Of a stretch of 64,000 nucleotides of DNA, positions 50,816 to 63,586 are shown piece after piece. A program made the translations under genes and the position numbers. Below the pieces are notes generated by a model. It ran no database searches, was not told the DNA's origin, and saw nothing but the letters and a program-made list of their open reading frames with translations. This DNA is from Mobula hypostoma (taxonomy: Eukaryota): positions 2,418,001-2,482,000 of the forward strand of contig NC_086097.1 of assembly GCF_963921235.1 (NCBI RefSeq), written 5' to 3'. The number at the start of each line of letters is the position of its first letter. The stretch's first letter is position 1.

Positions 50816-53800
50816 CAGAATCAGAATCAGGTTTATTATCACCGGCAAGTTTCGTGAAATTTGTTAACTCAGCAGCAGCAGTTCAATGCGATACATAATA
50901 CAGAAGGAAAAAAAAAATAAGTACATCAATGACAGTATACGTGTACTAAATAGAAACCATAGAAAAACTACAGCACAGAAACAGGCCTTTTGGCCCTTCT
51001 TGGCTGTGCCGAGCCATTTTCTGCCTAGTCCCACTGACCTGCACACGGACCATATCCCTCCATACGCCTCCCATCCATGTATCTGTCCAATTTATTCTTA
51101 AATGTTAAAAAAGAACCCGTATTTACCACCTCGTCTGGCAGCTCATTCCATACTCCCACCACTCTGTGTGAAGAAGCCCCCACTAATGTTCTCTTTAAAC
51201 TTCTCCCCCTTCATCCTTAACCCATGTCCTCTGGTTTTTTTCTCCCCTTGCCTCAGTGGAAAAAGCCTGCTTGCATTCACTTTATCTATACCCATCATAA
51301 TTTTATATACCTCTATCAAATCTCCCCTCATTCTTCTACACTCCAGGGAATAAAGTCCGAACCTATTCAACCTTTCTCTGTAACTGAGTTTCTCAAGTCC
51401 CGGCAACATCCTTGTAAACCTTTTCTGCACTCTTTCAACCTTATTAATATCCTTCCTGTAATTTGGTGACCAAAACTGAACACAATACTCCAGATTCGGC
51501 CTCACCAATGCCTTATACAACCTCATCATAACATTCCAGCTCTTATACTCAATACTTTGATTTATAAAGGCCGATGTACCAAAAGCTCTCTTTATGACCC
51601 TATCTACCTGTGACACCACTTTCAGGGAATTTTGTATCTGTATTCCCAGATCCCTCTGTTCTACTGCACTCCTCAGTGCCTTACCATTTACCCTGTATGT
51701 TCTACCTTGGTTTGTCCTTCCAAAGTGCAATACCTCACACTTGTCTGTATTAAACTCCATCTGCCATTTTTCAGTCCATTTTTCCAGCTGGTCCAAATCC
51801 CTCTGCAAGCTTTGAAAACCTTCCTCACTATCTACTACACCTCCAATCTTTGTATCATCAGCAAATTTGCTGATCCAATTTACCACATCATCATCCAGAT
51901 CATTGATATAGATGACAAATAACAATGGACCCAGCACTGATCCCTGTGGCACACCACTAGTCACAGGCCTCCACTCGGAGAAGCAATTCTCTACCACCAC
52001 TCTCTGGCTTCTTCCATCGAGCCAATGTCTAATCCAATTTACCACCTCTCCATGTATACCTAGCGACTGAATTTTCCTAACTAACCTCCCATGCGGGACC
52101 TTGTCAAAGGCCTTACTGACGTCCATGTAGACAATATCCACTGCCTTCCCTTCATCCACTTTCCTGGTAACCTCCTTAAAAACTCCAATAGATTGGTCAA
52201 ACATGACCTACCACGCACAAAGCCATGTTGACTCTCCCTAATAAGTCCCTGTCTATCCAAATGCTTGTAGATTCTGTCTCTTAGTACTCCCTCCAATAAC
52301 TTACCCACTACCGACGTCAAACTTACCGGCCTATAATTTCCTGGATAACTTTTCGATCCTTTTTTAAACAACGGAACAACATGAGCCACTCTCCAATCCT
52401 CCGGCACCTCACCCGTAGACACTGACATTTTAAATGCATCTGCCAGGACCCCTGCAATTTCAACATTAGTCTCCTTCAAGGTCTGAGGGAACACCCTGTC
52501 AGGTCCTGGGGATTAATCCACTTTAATTTGCCTCAAGATAGCAAGCACCTCCTCCTTTTCAATCTGTACAATTTCTATGATCTCACTACTTGTTTCCCTT
52601 AACTCCATAGACTTCATGCCAGTCTCCTTAATAAATACAGATGCAGAAAACCCTTTTAAGATCTCCCCCATTTCTTTTGGTTCCGCACAAAGCCAACCAC
52701 TCTGATCTTCAAGAGGACCAACTTTATCCCTTACAATCCTTTTACTCTTGATGTACCTGTAAAAGCTCTTTGGATTATCCTTCACTTTGACTGCCAAGGC
52801 AACCTCATGTCTTCTTTTTGCCCTCCTGATTTCTTTCTTAAGTATTTTCTTGCACTTTTTTTTTACTCCTCAAGCACCTTATTTACTCCCTGCTTCCTAT
52901 ACATTTCATACAACTCCCTCTTCTTTATCAGAGTTGCAATATCCCTTGAGAACCAAGGTTCCTTATTCCTATTCACTTTGCCTTTAATCCTGACAGGAAC
53001 ATACAAGCTCTGCACTCTCAAAATTTCTCCTTTGAAGGCTTCCCACTTACCGATCACACCCTTGCCAGAGAACAACCTACCCCAATACACGCTTTTTAGA
53101 TCCTTTCTCATTTCTTCAAATTTGGCCTCCTTCCAGTTCAGAACCTCAACCCTAGGACCAGATCTATCCTTGTCCATGATCAAGTTGAAACTAATGGTGT
53201 TATGATCACTGGAACCAAAGTGCTCCCCTACACACACTTCCATCACCTGTCCTAACTCGTTTCCAAATAGGAGATCTAATACTGCATCCTCTCTAGTTGG
53301 TACCTCTATATATTGATTTAGAAAACTTTTCTGAACACATTTTACAAACTCTAACCCATCTAGACCCCTAACACTACGGGAGTCCCAATCAATATGTGGA
53401 AAATTAAAATCCCCGACCACCACAACTTTATGTTTCCTGCAGTTGCCTGCTATCTCTCTGCAGATTTGCTCTTCCAATTCTCGCTGACTGTTGGGTGGTC
53501 TATAATACAACCCCACTAATGTGGCCATACCTTTCCTGTTTCTCAGCTCCACCCATAAGGACTCAGTAGACAAGCCCTCTAATCTGTCCTGCCTGAGCAC
53601 TGCTGTAATATTTTCCCTGACAAGCAGTGCTATCCCCCCACCTTTCATTCCTCTGCCTCGATCACATCTGAAACATTGGAACCCTGGAATATTAAGCTGC
53701 CAGTCCTGCCCCTCCTGTAGCCAAGTTTCACTAATTGCTATAACGTCATAATTCCACGTGTCAATCCACGCCCTCAACTCATCCGCCTTCCCCGCAATAC

Positions 53801-55912
53801 TCCTAGCATTGAAATATATACACCTCAGAAGATTTTTACCACCACTCACAAACTTTCTATTTGCGGATTTGCTTGAACTTTTAACATCATTTATTTTCAC
53901 CCCAGCCATACTGTCAGCTCTGGCACTCTGCTTCCCATCCCCCCTGCAAATCTGGTTTAAAACCTCTCCAATAGCACTAACAAACCTCCCTGAAAGGATA
54001 TTGGTCCCCCTGTAGTTCAAGTGTAACCCGTCTCTCTTGTACAGGTCCCACCTGCCCCAGAAGAGGTCCCAATGATCCTGAAATCTGAAACCCTGTCCCC
54101 TACACCAGTTCCTCAGCCACTTGTTCCTCCTCCAGAGCATCCTATTCTTACCCTCACTGGCACCTAGCACAGGTAGCAATCCTGAGATTACCACCCTTGA
54201 GGTCCTGCTTTTCAACTTCCTACCAAGCTCTCTATACTCACTCTCCAGGACCTCCTCACTCTTCCTTGCTATGTCATTGGTACCGATGTGCACCACGACA
54301 TCTGGCTGATCACCCTCCCACTTCAGAATGTCATGCAATCGATCAGAGACATCCTTGACCCTGGCACCCGGGAGGCAACAAACCATCCTGGATTCTCTGT
54401 CACGACCACAGAACCTCCTATCTGCACCTCTAACTATCGAGTCCCCTATCACTACCATTCTCCTCTTTTTCCACCCTCCCTTCTGCACTGCAGAGCCAGA
54501 CTCAGTGCCAGAGATCCGGCTACTGCAGCTTGTCCCAGGTAAGTCATCCCCCACAACAGTATCCAGTGCTGTATACTTGTTGTTGAGGGGAATGGCCACA
54601 GGGGAACCCAGTGATTAAAAATCGTGCAAAAAACAAAAACAGAAATATATTATAAAAAAAAGGTAGTGTTCACGGGTTCAATGTCCATTTAGGAATCGGA
54701 TGACAGAGGGAAAGAAGCTGTTCCTGAATCACTGAGTATGTGTCTTCAGGGTTCTGTCCCTCCTAACAGATGGTAACAGTGAGAAAAGGGCATGCCCTGG
54801 GTGCTGGAGGTCCTTAATAATGGACGCTGCCTTTCTGAGACACTGCTCCTTGAAGATGTCCTGGGTACTTTGTAGGCTAGTACCCAAGATGGAGCTGACT
54901 AAACTTACAACCCTCTGCAGCTTCTTTCAGTCCTGTGCAGTAGCCCCTCCCCACGCACCCCCCCTCCATACCAGACAGTGATGCAGCCTGTCAGAATGTT
55001 CTCCACGGTACATCTATAGAAGCTTTTGAGTGTATTTGTTGACATACCAAATCTCTTCAACCTCCTAATGAAGTATAGTCACTGTCTTGCCTTCTTTATG
55101 ACTACATCAGTATGTTGGGATCAGGTTAGATCCTCAGAGATCTTGACACCAGGAGCTTGAAACTGCTCACTCTCTCCATTTCTGATCCCTCTATGAGGAT
55201 TGGTGTGTGTCCCTTCGTCTTACCCTTCCTGAAGTCCACAATCAGCTCTTTCGTCTTACTGATGTTGAGTGCCAGGTTGTTGCTGCGACACCACTCCACT
55301 AGTTGGCGTATCTTGCTCCTGTACATCTTCTCATCTCCATCTGAGATTCTACCAACAATCAGCAAATTTATAGATGGTATTTGAACTATGCCTAGCCACA
55401 CAGAGAGTAGAGCAGTGGGCTAAGCACACACTCCTGAGGTGCTCCAGTGTTGATCGTCAGCGAGAAGGCGATATTATCACCAATCTGTACAGATTGTGGT
55501 CTTCCAGTTAGGAAGTCGAGTATCCAATTGCAGATGGGAGGTACAGAGGCCCAGGTTCTGTAACTTCTCAATCAGGATTGTGGGAATGATGATGTTGAAT
55601 GCTGAGCTATAGTCGATGAACAGCATCCTGACATAGGTTTGTATTGTCCAGGTGGTCTCAGGCCGTTGCCTGCTGCCACTTACACACAGGAGGGAGGGGA
55701 ACTGGGAGAGATTTTAGGGTTCTAACATTTAACTGTCGTTCATTTTCTGGGGCACTCCTGTTTTCGTGGATGGTTGCGAAGAGAAAGCATTTCAGGATAT
55801 ATATTGTATACATTTCTCTGACATTAAATACACCTTTGAAGACAACTGAAATAGCATCTGCTGTTGACCTATTGTGGCGAGAGGCAAATTGCAATGGGCA
55901 AAATGAAAATCC
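50816..55912 (-). mobile_element. Rex1/Babar-type LINE split by a CR1 (pieces 50816-50950 and 54613-55912)
   Basis: (tctgat)n tail at the left; IVGRISDGDE...WCRSNNLALNISKTKELIVDFRK and LQFASRHNRSTADAIS in the right piece; a further ~180-bp insertion at ~55666-55840. Confidence 0.85.
50951..54610 (-). mobile_element. Relatively intact 5'-truncated CR1 LINE (SGNH esterase, APE, RT)
   Basis: ORF 52863-54599 (IGDSIVR, HIGTNDI, DGLHLN, then FNARSI, IAISETWL, VGDFN, SDHN) and ORF 51143-52204 ([16 protein letters not shown]); a few frameshifts; ttctatggtttcta tail. Confidence 0.95.
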
Positions 55913-56609
55913 CCGAGGCCATGCTGCACTGAGTTCACAGGACTGGGAGCTCCTGCGACACAAACTGTATTGGTCTCTGCCATTCCTTTGGGATCATCAA
56001 AATGTCCAGGCTTGCATATGGAGGCAGCTGGAACACAATACCCACGGTCAACTCTGACCGCATGCCCTCACAATGTAGTGAAAACTCCGATCAAATCATC
56101 TATTGACTCCAATTCTAACGATTAGATCATGGGTTGTGCGGTATGTCATAATTTAACCCCTGTGGTTTCAGTAAATCTATAGCAAGCTCCTTCCAAGACC
56201 ATAGTATCTTTGCTAATGTGTGGTGTTGAAAAGTGCTCAGAGCTACCGACGCATTTTCTAACTTCTAATGCTACACACAAGAAATCGAACTACAAGTGGG
56301 AGCAGCACCGTGCATTGTGTTCTCCAGCTCATTTTCCATTAAAAATTCCATTCTACCTTGTCAAATCTTATTACCATGGCAATCACTACTATTAATTTTT
56401 TATCATCCCTTAATACAGTCTGGAGAGTACCTGTGTAGTAAGTCAGAATGTTAATTTAACCCTTTTAGGGAGAACGGGGATGTAAGGTAATCAAGTCATC
56501 ATTTTCCACCATGTCCTACTAGGCTTTTTGCTAAAAAGCAAAGTAAATGAAATATTTTCAAATATAATTACTTGCGTCAGTTTCTCAACATTATACTCAA
56601 TGTACTTAC

Positions 56610-56664
56610 CTGACATCAAGTTCACTTGTCCCCCTTCTTATCAAAATGATATGAAAAGATTGAG
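56610..56664 (-). CDS. Weak candidate 55-nt exon
   Basis: Consensus donor CAG|gtaagt but a weak acceptor (tgtgtttgtgatag); one open frame, QSFHIILIRRGTSELDV. Confidence 0.15.
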
Positions 56665-56847
56665 CTATCACAAACACAATGAAGTACATGGCCTCTAACT
56701 CCACTGCACCACTTCCAAACAAATTAATGCTCTTATATACGGTTCAAAATGGTAGCCTCAACTCCAGAACACTTGATTTTCCAATTCAATAAAAGAAGTC
56801 GTTCATGAATTCTTTTGTTTTCAGCCATGATGAAGGGGATACCATGA

Positions 56848-59610
56848 GTCGGCACTGTAGCGTTGTGGTCAGTGTAACACTATCACCATTACAGTAACAG
56901 TGATGGACAGAGACAATGGTAGTAGGATTGGACGCTGAGAAAGCTTTTGATTCGGTTAGTTGGGCATTCCTATACAGAGTGTTAGGAAGATTCGGCTTTC
57001 AAGAAAAGTTTATTAAAGTAATTCAGACTCTATATGACAGCCCTACAGCCCGAATTAAGATAAATGGGGACCTCTCTGACTCCTTCATCTTAGAGAGAGG
57101 CACTAGACAGGGATGCCCAATTTCTCCTCTCCTTTTTGCGCTATATATTGAACTGCTTGCCCAACTAATAAGACAGAGCGAAATCGTAAAAGGTATCAAG
57201 GTGGCAGGGATTGAACAGAAAGTGGCGTTATTCGCAGATGATGTTTTGGTCTATCTGAGTGAACCAGAAAAATCATTTATAGGATTGTTTACACTGTTGG
57301 ATGACTTTGGGAAAATATCAGGTTATAAAATAAATGTAAAGAAAACTCAGGTTATGTCCCTAAATTATACACCATCCAAAAAATTGCAGGATACATACGA
57401 TCTTAAGTGGGAAGCTAAATCATTAAAATATTTAGGAATAACCCTGCCGAAGGATCTTTCGACACTGTCACAGGTAAATTATGGGCCATTAATCTCAGAG
57501 ATAAAAGCAGATATGCATAGATGGAATCTTATCCCCTTTTTAAGTTTAAATTCAAGGATAAATACTATAAAAATGAATATTCTTCCTCGGTTATTGTATC
57601 TTTTCCGTACTTTACCAGTGGAGGTGGATGATAATCAATTCAGGGAATGGGACAAATGGATTTCCCGCTTCATTTGGCAAGGAAAGAAACCTAGAATTCG
57701 ATATAACACCTTACAGTTAGGGAAGGAAGGAGGAGGTATGGTTCTTCCTTGCCTGAGAAATTATTTTTATGCCTCACAGATAACCCCTCTATTATATTGG
57801 TGTAATAGAGAATATAAGGCTAGATGGAAGGAAATAGAATTTGGATTAGTTGACAGTTTTCCTCTTCAGGCCTCAATAGCTGACAAAGGATTGATGGCCC
57901 AGTTGGAAAAATTTAAAAAACAGTTGGATAAATCTTACATTAAAAGTATGGCAGAAGGTGGTTAATTCATGTGGAATTAATAACATGTTAAAATTCTTTA
58001 GATGGTGTGCATATGATACCGAATTCCTTCCCAACAGAGGAGATAAAAGATTTGAGCCATGGATAAAGAAAGGTCTTACAACCTACCTCTCATTTATAGA
58101 TAAAAGAGTATTACAAAGTTTCCAAATCCTACAGGACAAACATGGCCAAGAACATAATGACTTTTTTTTAGGTACCTTCAAGTACGAAACTATGTTAACC
58201 AGAGTTGTAGATATACAGACCTATCAACAGTAGAATTAGAATTTTTCAAGATTCTGAATTCGGCTTGCAGTTCAATACCTAGTAAATCAGTTTCTCGAGT
58301 ATATAATGCACTCTCCCATGCTAAAAATGTAAATATACTGTATATTAAAGAGAAGTGGGAGAAAGAAGCGGGGTTGGTACTTTCAGAGGAGGCTTGGGGG
58401 AAAATCTGCAGCTTTCAATGGTCCTCGACTAATTCTTTGACTTGGAGAGAACATTGTTGGGAAAACATTATAAGATACTTCAAGACCCCCATATATCAGG
58501 AAAAATATAAAGATACAAACGTGACGCGTTGGAGAAGGTGCGGCTCCAAGGAGGCAAATCATTTTCATATTTTCTGGGATTGCCCTAAATTAAGTCTATA
58601 TTGGGAAGGTATTCATAGAACATTAGTTAAGGTACTTCGGTCCCAGATACCTCTGAACTTTGAGACGCTCTATTTGGGGCATGTATTGTTTCTTGAACAG
58701 AAGGAAGATATAAAGTTGCTGCAGGCCCTCTTAGCGGCAAGTAAGAAATCAATCACTAGAAAGTGGCTAAATCCAATACCAGCTACATTAGAAGATTGGC
58801 ACAAAATTATCTTGGAAATATTTAAAATGGAAAAGTTGACTTACTCCCTGAGAATTCAAAAAGAAAAATTTTATCAAATCTGGAATAAATGGATTGAATA
58901 TATAACCCCAATGCGAGCAGACTTTAGATGACTCTCCTAATGATTTATACTGCTCTTCTCATCAACACAGTCATATTGCTAACGTAAGCACCCCTAGTCT
59001 AAATGTCTTTTTTTTTTGGTTTTCTTTTGGAAAATAGAGAATTAACACAAGTAAAGGGAAAGATTTGGGAAAGGGATAAAAAATGAAAAAATTAAGTAAA
59101 TAAGTACATAGGGATTGTATAATTATGTCTGCGGGCAGGAGCAAGCATAAACAAATTAGGATATAAACACCTACAATGGTTGTTACATAGGCTTATATAC
59201 AACATTTTGGACCAGTGGAAATGGTCCAGAAGAGTTACATGGAAACTATTATTATCATTTTTCTTAACAACTATTACCATTACTTAGCCTAATAGATTAG
59301 AATTACCACAGTACATAATTATCTATTTAAGTGTCTAATTTCCTTTTATATCATCTCAATGTGTACTTAAGAATGTATAAATAATTATAGTTTTATACAT
59401 ATAAAAAAATGGAAAAGGTTATATGTGTGAAAAAAGTACATGATATTTGTGAATTCCTTATCCAAATAAAAATAAAATTTAAAAAAAAGGAAAAAAAAAT
59501 ACAGTAACAGTGATGGGGGTCAATTCCGCCACTGTCTGTAAAAACTTTTCCTTCTTTTGACTGTCTGGCTTTCCTCAGGGTGATCGGATCCCTACGATAT
59601 ATTGAAAACT
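56848..59610 (+). mobile_element. V-SINE (HE1-like) whose tRNA head is split by the L1
   Basis: Left piece gtcggcactgtagcgttgtggtcag (box A-like); right piece gggtcaattcc (box B-like) gccactgtctgtaa...tttcctcagggtg. Confidence 0.6.
56907..59499 (+). mobile_element. 5'-truncated L1-clade LINE with poly(A) and 17-bp TSD
   Basis: [26 protein letters not shown] and a C-terminal C..H..C knuckle (RCGSKEANHFHIFWDC); AATAAA plus A-tail; tacagtaacagtgatgg at 56890-56906 and 59500-59516. Confidence 0.96.
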
Positions 59611-60540
59611 TTGATCAAGTCATCAGTTCAGTCCATTTCTAGTGATTAGATCTTGGATTGTGCAGTATGTTGCAATTTAGCCACATTTCAAAGACAAATG
59701 GGTTAGTATGTTCAAGTTTATTGTCATTTAACTGTGCACATGTCTACCGTGAAATGAAACAGCATTCCTCCAGACCAAGGAGCAGAACACAGCACATATA
59801 ACTCACACACAAAGTTATACTACCACAAATCAATTAACAAATAATCAGCATTTATGACATGTAGAAAGTAAACAGCATAACACTACTGACGCTTCATACC
59901 TGATGACTGGTGGCAGGGAATTCAGCAGTTTGGCAGCCGAAAGGAAGAAGCTGTTTCCCATCCTAACAATTCTTGTCCTAATGCTACAGTACCTTCTGCC
60001 TGATGATAGGGGAACAAAGAGGCAGTTGGACAGATGGGAGAGATCTTTGACAATGCTGGCGTTAAATATCCCAGATGGGTGGAAGAGAGACCCACATGGC
60101 CACATGCTGTAATTGGGCAGTGCAGGTTGGTTGGGCTGAAAGGACCAGTTACGGTGTTGTATCTCGAAATAAATAAATACACTCTGATTGGTTCTAGGCC
60201 TCACACACTCTCTTGGAAGGAGGTTAATCTGTCATTTGACAGCATTCTTGTCAAGGTTGTAGATGTGGCATCAAGAGCACATAGCAATACTTCAGAGCAT
60301 TACTGAGGAAGTCACACTAGACCCTTGATCATAGTAGCCAAAACAAAGAGGTCAGTGTCCTGGAATGTAAGGAATTAATGTTTTCATTATATTGTTTTAT
60401 TTGATCAGGATATGACCGTCTGCTGCAGCACTGGAATGGTCAGCCAGATGTCATGGGTCCAAAGCTCACTATGGAAAGAAGTGACGTGGAATTTCAAACC
60501 CAGAAATGCCCCACCACACAAAATCTTGAGTTAAGCCCAA

Positions 60541-60977
60541 CCTCTTCCTGTTCCTAACCTCCACCCACAAAGACTCCGTAGACAATCCCTCCATGACGTC
60601 CACTTTCTCTGCAGCCGTGACAGTATCTCTGATCAACAGTGCCACACCCCCACCTCTTTTGCCTCCCTCCCTGTCCTTTCTGAAACATCTAAAACCCGGC
60701 ACTTGAAGTAATCATTCCTGTCCCTGAGCCATCCAAGTCTCTGTAATGGCCACAACATCATAGCTCCAAGTACTGATCCACGCTCTAAACTCATTTGCTT
60801 TGTTCACAACACTCCTTGCATTAAAAAAAACACAGGTCAAACCGTCCATCTGAGCGTGTCCCTTCTCTATCACCTGCCTATTTTCCCTCTCGCACTGTCT
60901 CCAAGCTTTCTCTATTTGTGAGCCAACCATCTCTTCCCCAGTCTCTTCAGTTCTGTTCCCACCCCACAACAATTCTA
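60541..60977 (-). mobile_element. CR1 APE N-terminal segment, collinear with 63587-64000
   Basis: ELLWGGNRTEE...FFNARSVVNK...YDVVAITETW...GGGVALLIR...SLWVEVRNRK. Confidence 0.9.
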
Positions 60978-63586
60978 CAGAGTCTCTGTGGGTGGAGGTT
61001 AGGAACAGGAAGGGGTCAATAACTTTACTGTGTGTTTTTAATAGGCTGCCCAATAGTAACAAGGATATCAAGGAGCAGATAGGGAAACAGATCGTGGAAA
61101 GGTGTAATAATAACAGGGTTGTCGTGATGGGAGATTTTAATTTCCCAAATATCGATTGGCATCTCCCGGCCGAGAGCAAGGAATTTAGATGGAGCGGAGT
61201 TTGTTAGCTGTGTTTAGGAAGGTTTCTTGACACAATATGTAGATAAGCCTACAAGAGGAGAGACTGTACTTGATTTGGTACTGGGAAATGAACCTGGTCA
61301 GGTGTCAGATCTCTCAGTGGGAGAGCATCTTGGAGACAGTGATCATAATTCTATCTCCTTTACAATAGCATTGGAGAGAGATAGGAACAGACAAGTTAGA
61401 AAAGCGTTTAATTGGAGTAAGGGGAATTATGAGGCTATCAGGCAGGAAATTGGAAGCTTAAATTGGGAACAGATGTTCTCAGGGAAAGTACGGAAGAAAT
61501 GTGGCAAATATTGAGGGGATATTTGTGTGGAGTTTTGCAGAGGTACGTTCCAATGAGATAGGGAAGTTATGGTAGGGTGCAGGAACCGTGGTGTTCAAAG
61601 GCTGTAATAAATCTAGTCAAGAAGAAAAGCTTACAAAAGGTTCAGAGAGCTAGGTAATGTTAGAGATCTAGAAGATTATAAGGCTAACAGGAAGGAGCTT
61701 AAGAGGGAAATTAGGAGAGCCAGAAGGGGTCATGAGAAGGCCTTGGCGGGCAGCATTAAGGAAAACCCCAAGGCATTCTACAAGTACGTGACGAGCAAGA
61801 GGATAAGATGTGAAAGAATAGGACCTGTCAAGTGTGACAGTGGGAAAGTGTGTATGGAACCACAGTAAATAGCAGAGGTACTTAATGAATAATTTACTTC
61901 AGTATTCACTATGGAAAAGGATCTTGGTGATTGTAGTGATGACTTGCAGCGGACTGAAAAGCTTGAGCATGTAGATATTAAGAAAGAGGATGTGCTGGAG
62001 CGTTTGGAAAGCATCAAGTTGGATAAGTCACCAGGACTGGATGAGATGTACCCCAGGCTTCTGTGGGAGGCAAGGGAGGAGATTACTGAGCCTCTGGCGA
62101 TGATCTTTGCATCATCAATGTGGACGGGAGAGGTTCCGGAGGATTGGAGGGTTGCAGATGTTGTTCCTTTATTCAAGAAAGGGAGTTGAGATAGCTCCGG
62201 AAGTTATTAGACTAGTGAGTCTTACTTCCGTGGTTGGTAAGTTGATGGAGAAGATCCTGAGAGGCAGGATTTATGAACATTTTGAGAGGCATAATATGAT
62301 TAGGAATAGACAGCATGGCTTTGTCAAGGGCAGATCGTGCCTTATGAGCCTGAGTGAATTTTGAGGATGTGACTAAACATATTGATGAAGGAAGAGCAGT
62401 AGATGTAGTGTATATGGATTTCAGCAAGGCATTTGATAAGGTAGTCCATGCAAGGCTCATTGAGAAAGTAAGGAGGCATGGGATCCAAGGAGACATTGCT
62501 TTGTGGATCCAGAACTGGCTTGCCCACAGAAGGCAAAGAGTGATTGTAGATGGGTCATATTCTGCATGGAGGTCGGTGACCAGTGGTGTGCCTCAAGGAT
62601 CTGTTCTGGGACCGTTACTCTTCATGATTTTTTAAATGACCTGGATGAGGAAGTGGAGGGATGGGTTAGTAAGTTTGCTGATGACACAAAGGTTGGGGGT
62701 GTTGTGGATAGTGTGGAGGGCTGTCAGAGGTTATAGCAGGACATTGATAGGATGCAAAACTGGGCTGAGAAGTGGCGGATGGAGTTCAACCCAGATAAGT
62801 GTGAGGTGGTTCATTTTGGTAGGTCAAATATGATGGCAGAATATAATATTAATGGTAAGACTCTTGGCAGTGTGGAGGATCAGAGGGATCTTGGGGTCCG
62901 AGTCCATAGGACGTTCAAAGCAGCTGCTCAGGTTGACTCTGTGGTTAAGAAGGCGTATGGTGTATTGGCCTTCATCAATCGTGGAATTGAATTTAACAGC
63001 TGAGAGGTACTGTTATATCAGACCCTAGTCAGGCTCCACTTGGAGTACTGTGCACAGTTCTGGTCACCTCACTACAGGAAAGATGTGGAAACCATAGAAA
63101 GGGTGCAGAAGAGATTTACAAGAATGTTGCCTGGATTGGGGAGCATGCCTTATGAAGGCAGGTTAAGTGAACTCAGCCTCTTCTCCTTGGAGTGACCGAG
63201 GATGAGAGGTGACCTGATAGAGGTGTGTAAGATGATGAGAGGCACTGATCGTGTGGATAGTCAGAGGCTTTTTCCCAGGGCTGAAATAGCTGCCACAAGA
63301 GGGCACAGGTGTAAGGTGCTGGGGAGTAGGTACAGAGGAGATGTCAGGGGTAAGTTTTTTTTTTAAAAACGCAGAGTGCTGAGTGCGTGGAATGGGCTGC
63401 TGGCCACGGTGGTGGAGGCGGATATGATAGGGTCTTTTAAGAGACTTTTGGATAGGTACATGGAGCTTAGAAAAATAGAGGGCTATGGGTAAAGCCTAGT
63501 AATTTCTAAGGTAGGGACATGTTCGGCACAACTTTGTGGGCCGAAGGGCCTGTATTGTGCTTTAGGTTTTCTATATTCTATGTTTC
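60974..63586 (+). mobile_element. 5'-truncated degenerate CR1 (mid-APE to tail)
   Basis: [21 protein letters not shown] and FADDTK motifs; ttctatattctatgtttc tail. Confidence 0.93.

Noticed and set aside
56848..56906. tRNA gene
   Set aside because: This is a decayed tRNA-derived SINE head continuing into a V-SINE core; no cloverleaf is evident.
60541..63586. Simple twin-priming inversion of one CR1
   Set aside because: The inverted piece continues collinearly after the tail at 63587, which twin priming does not produce.
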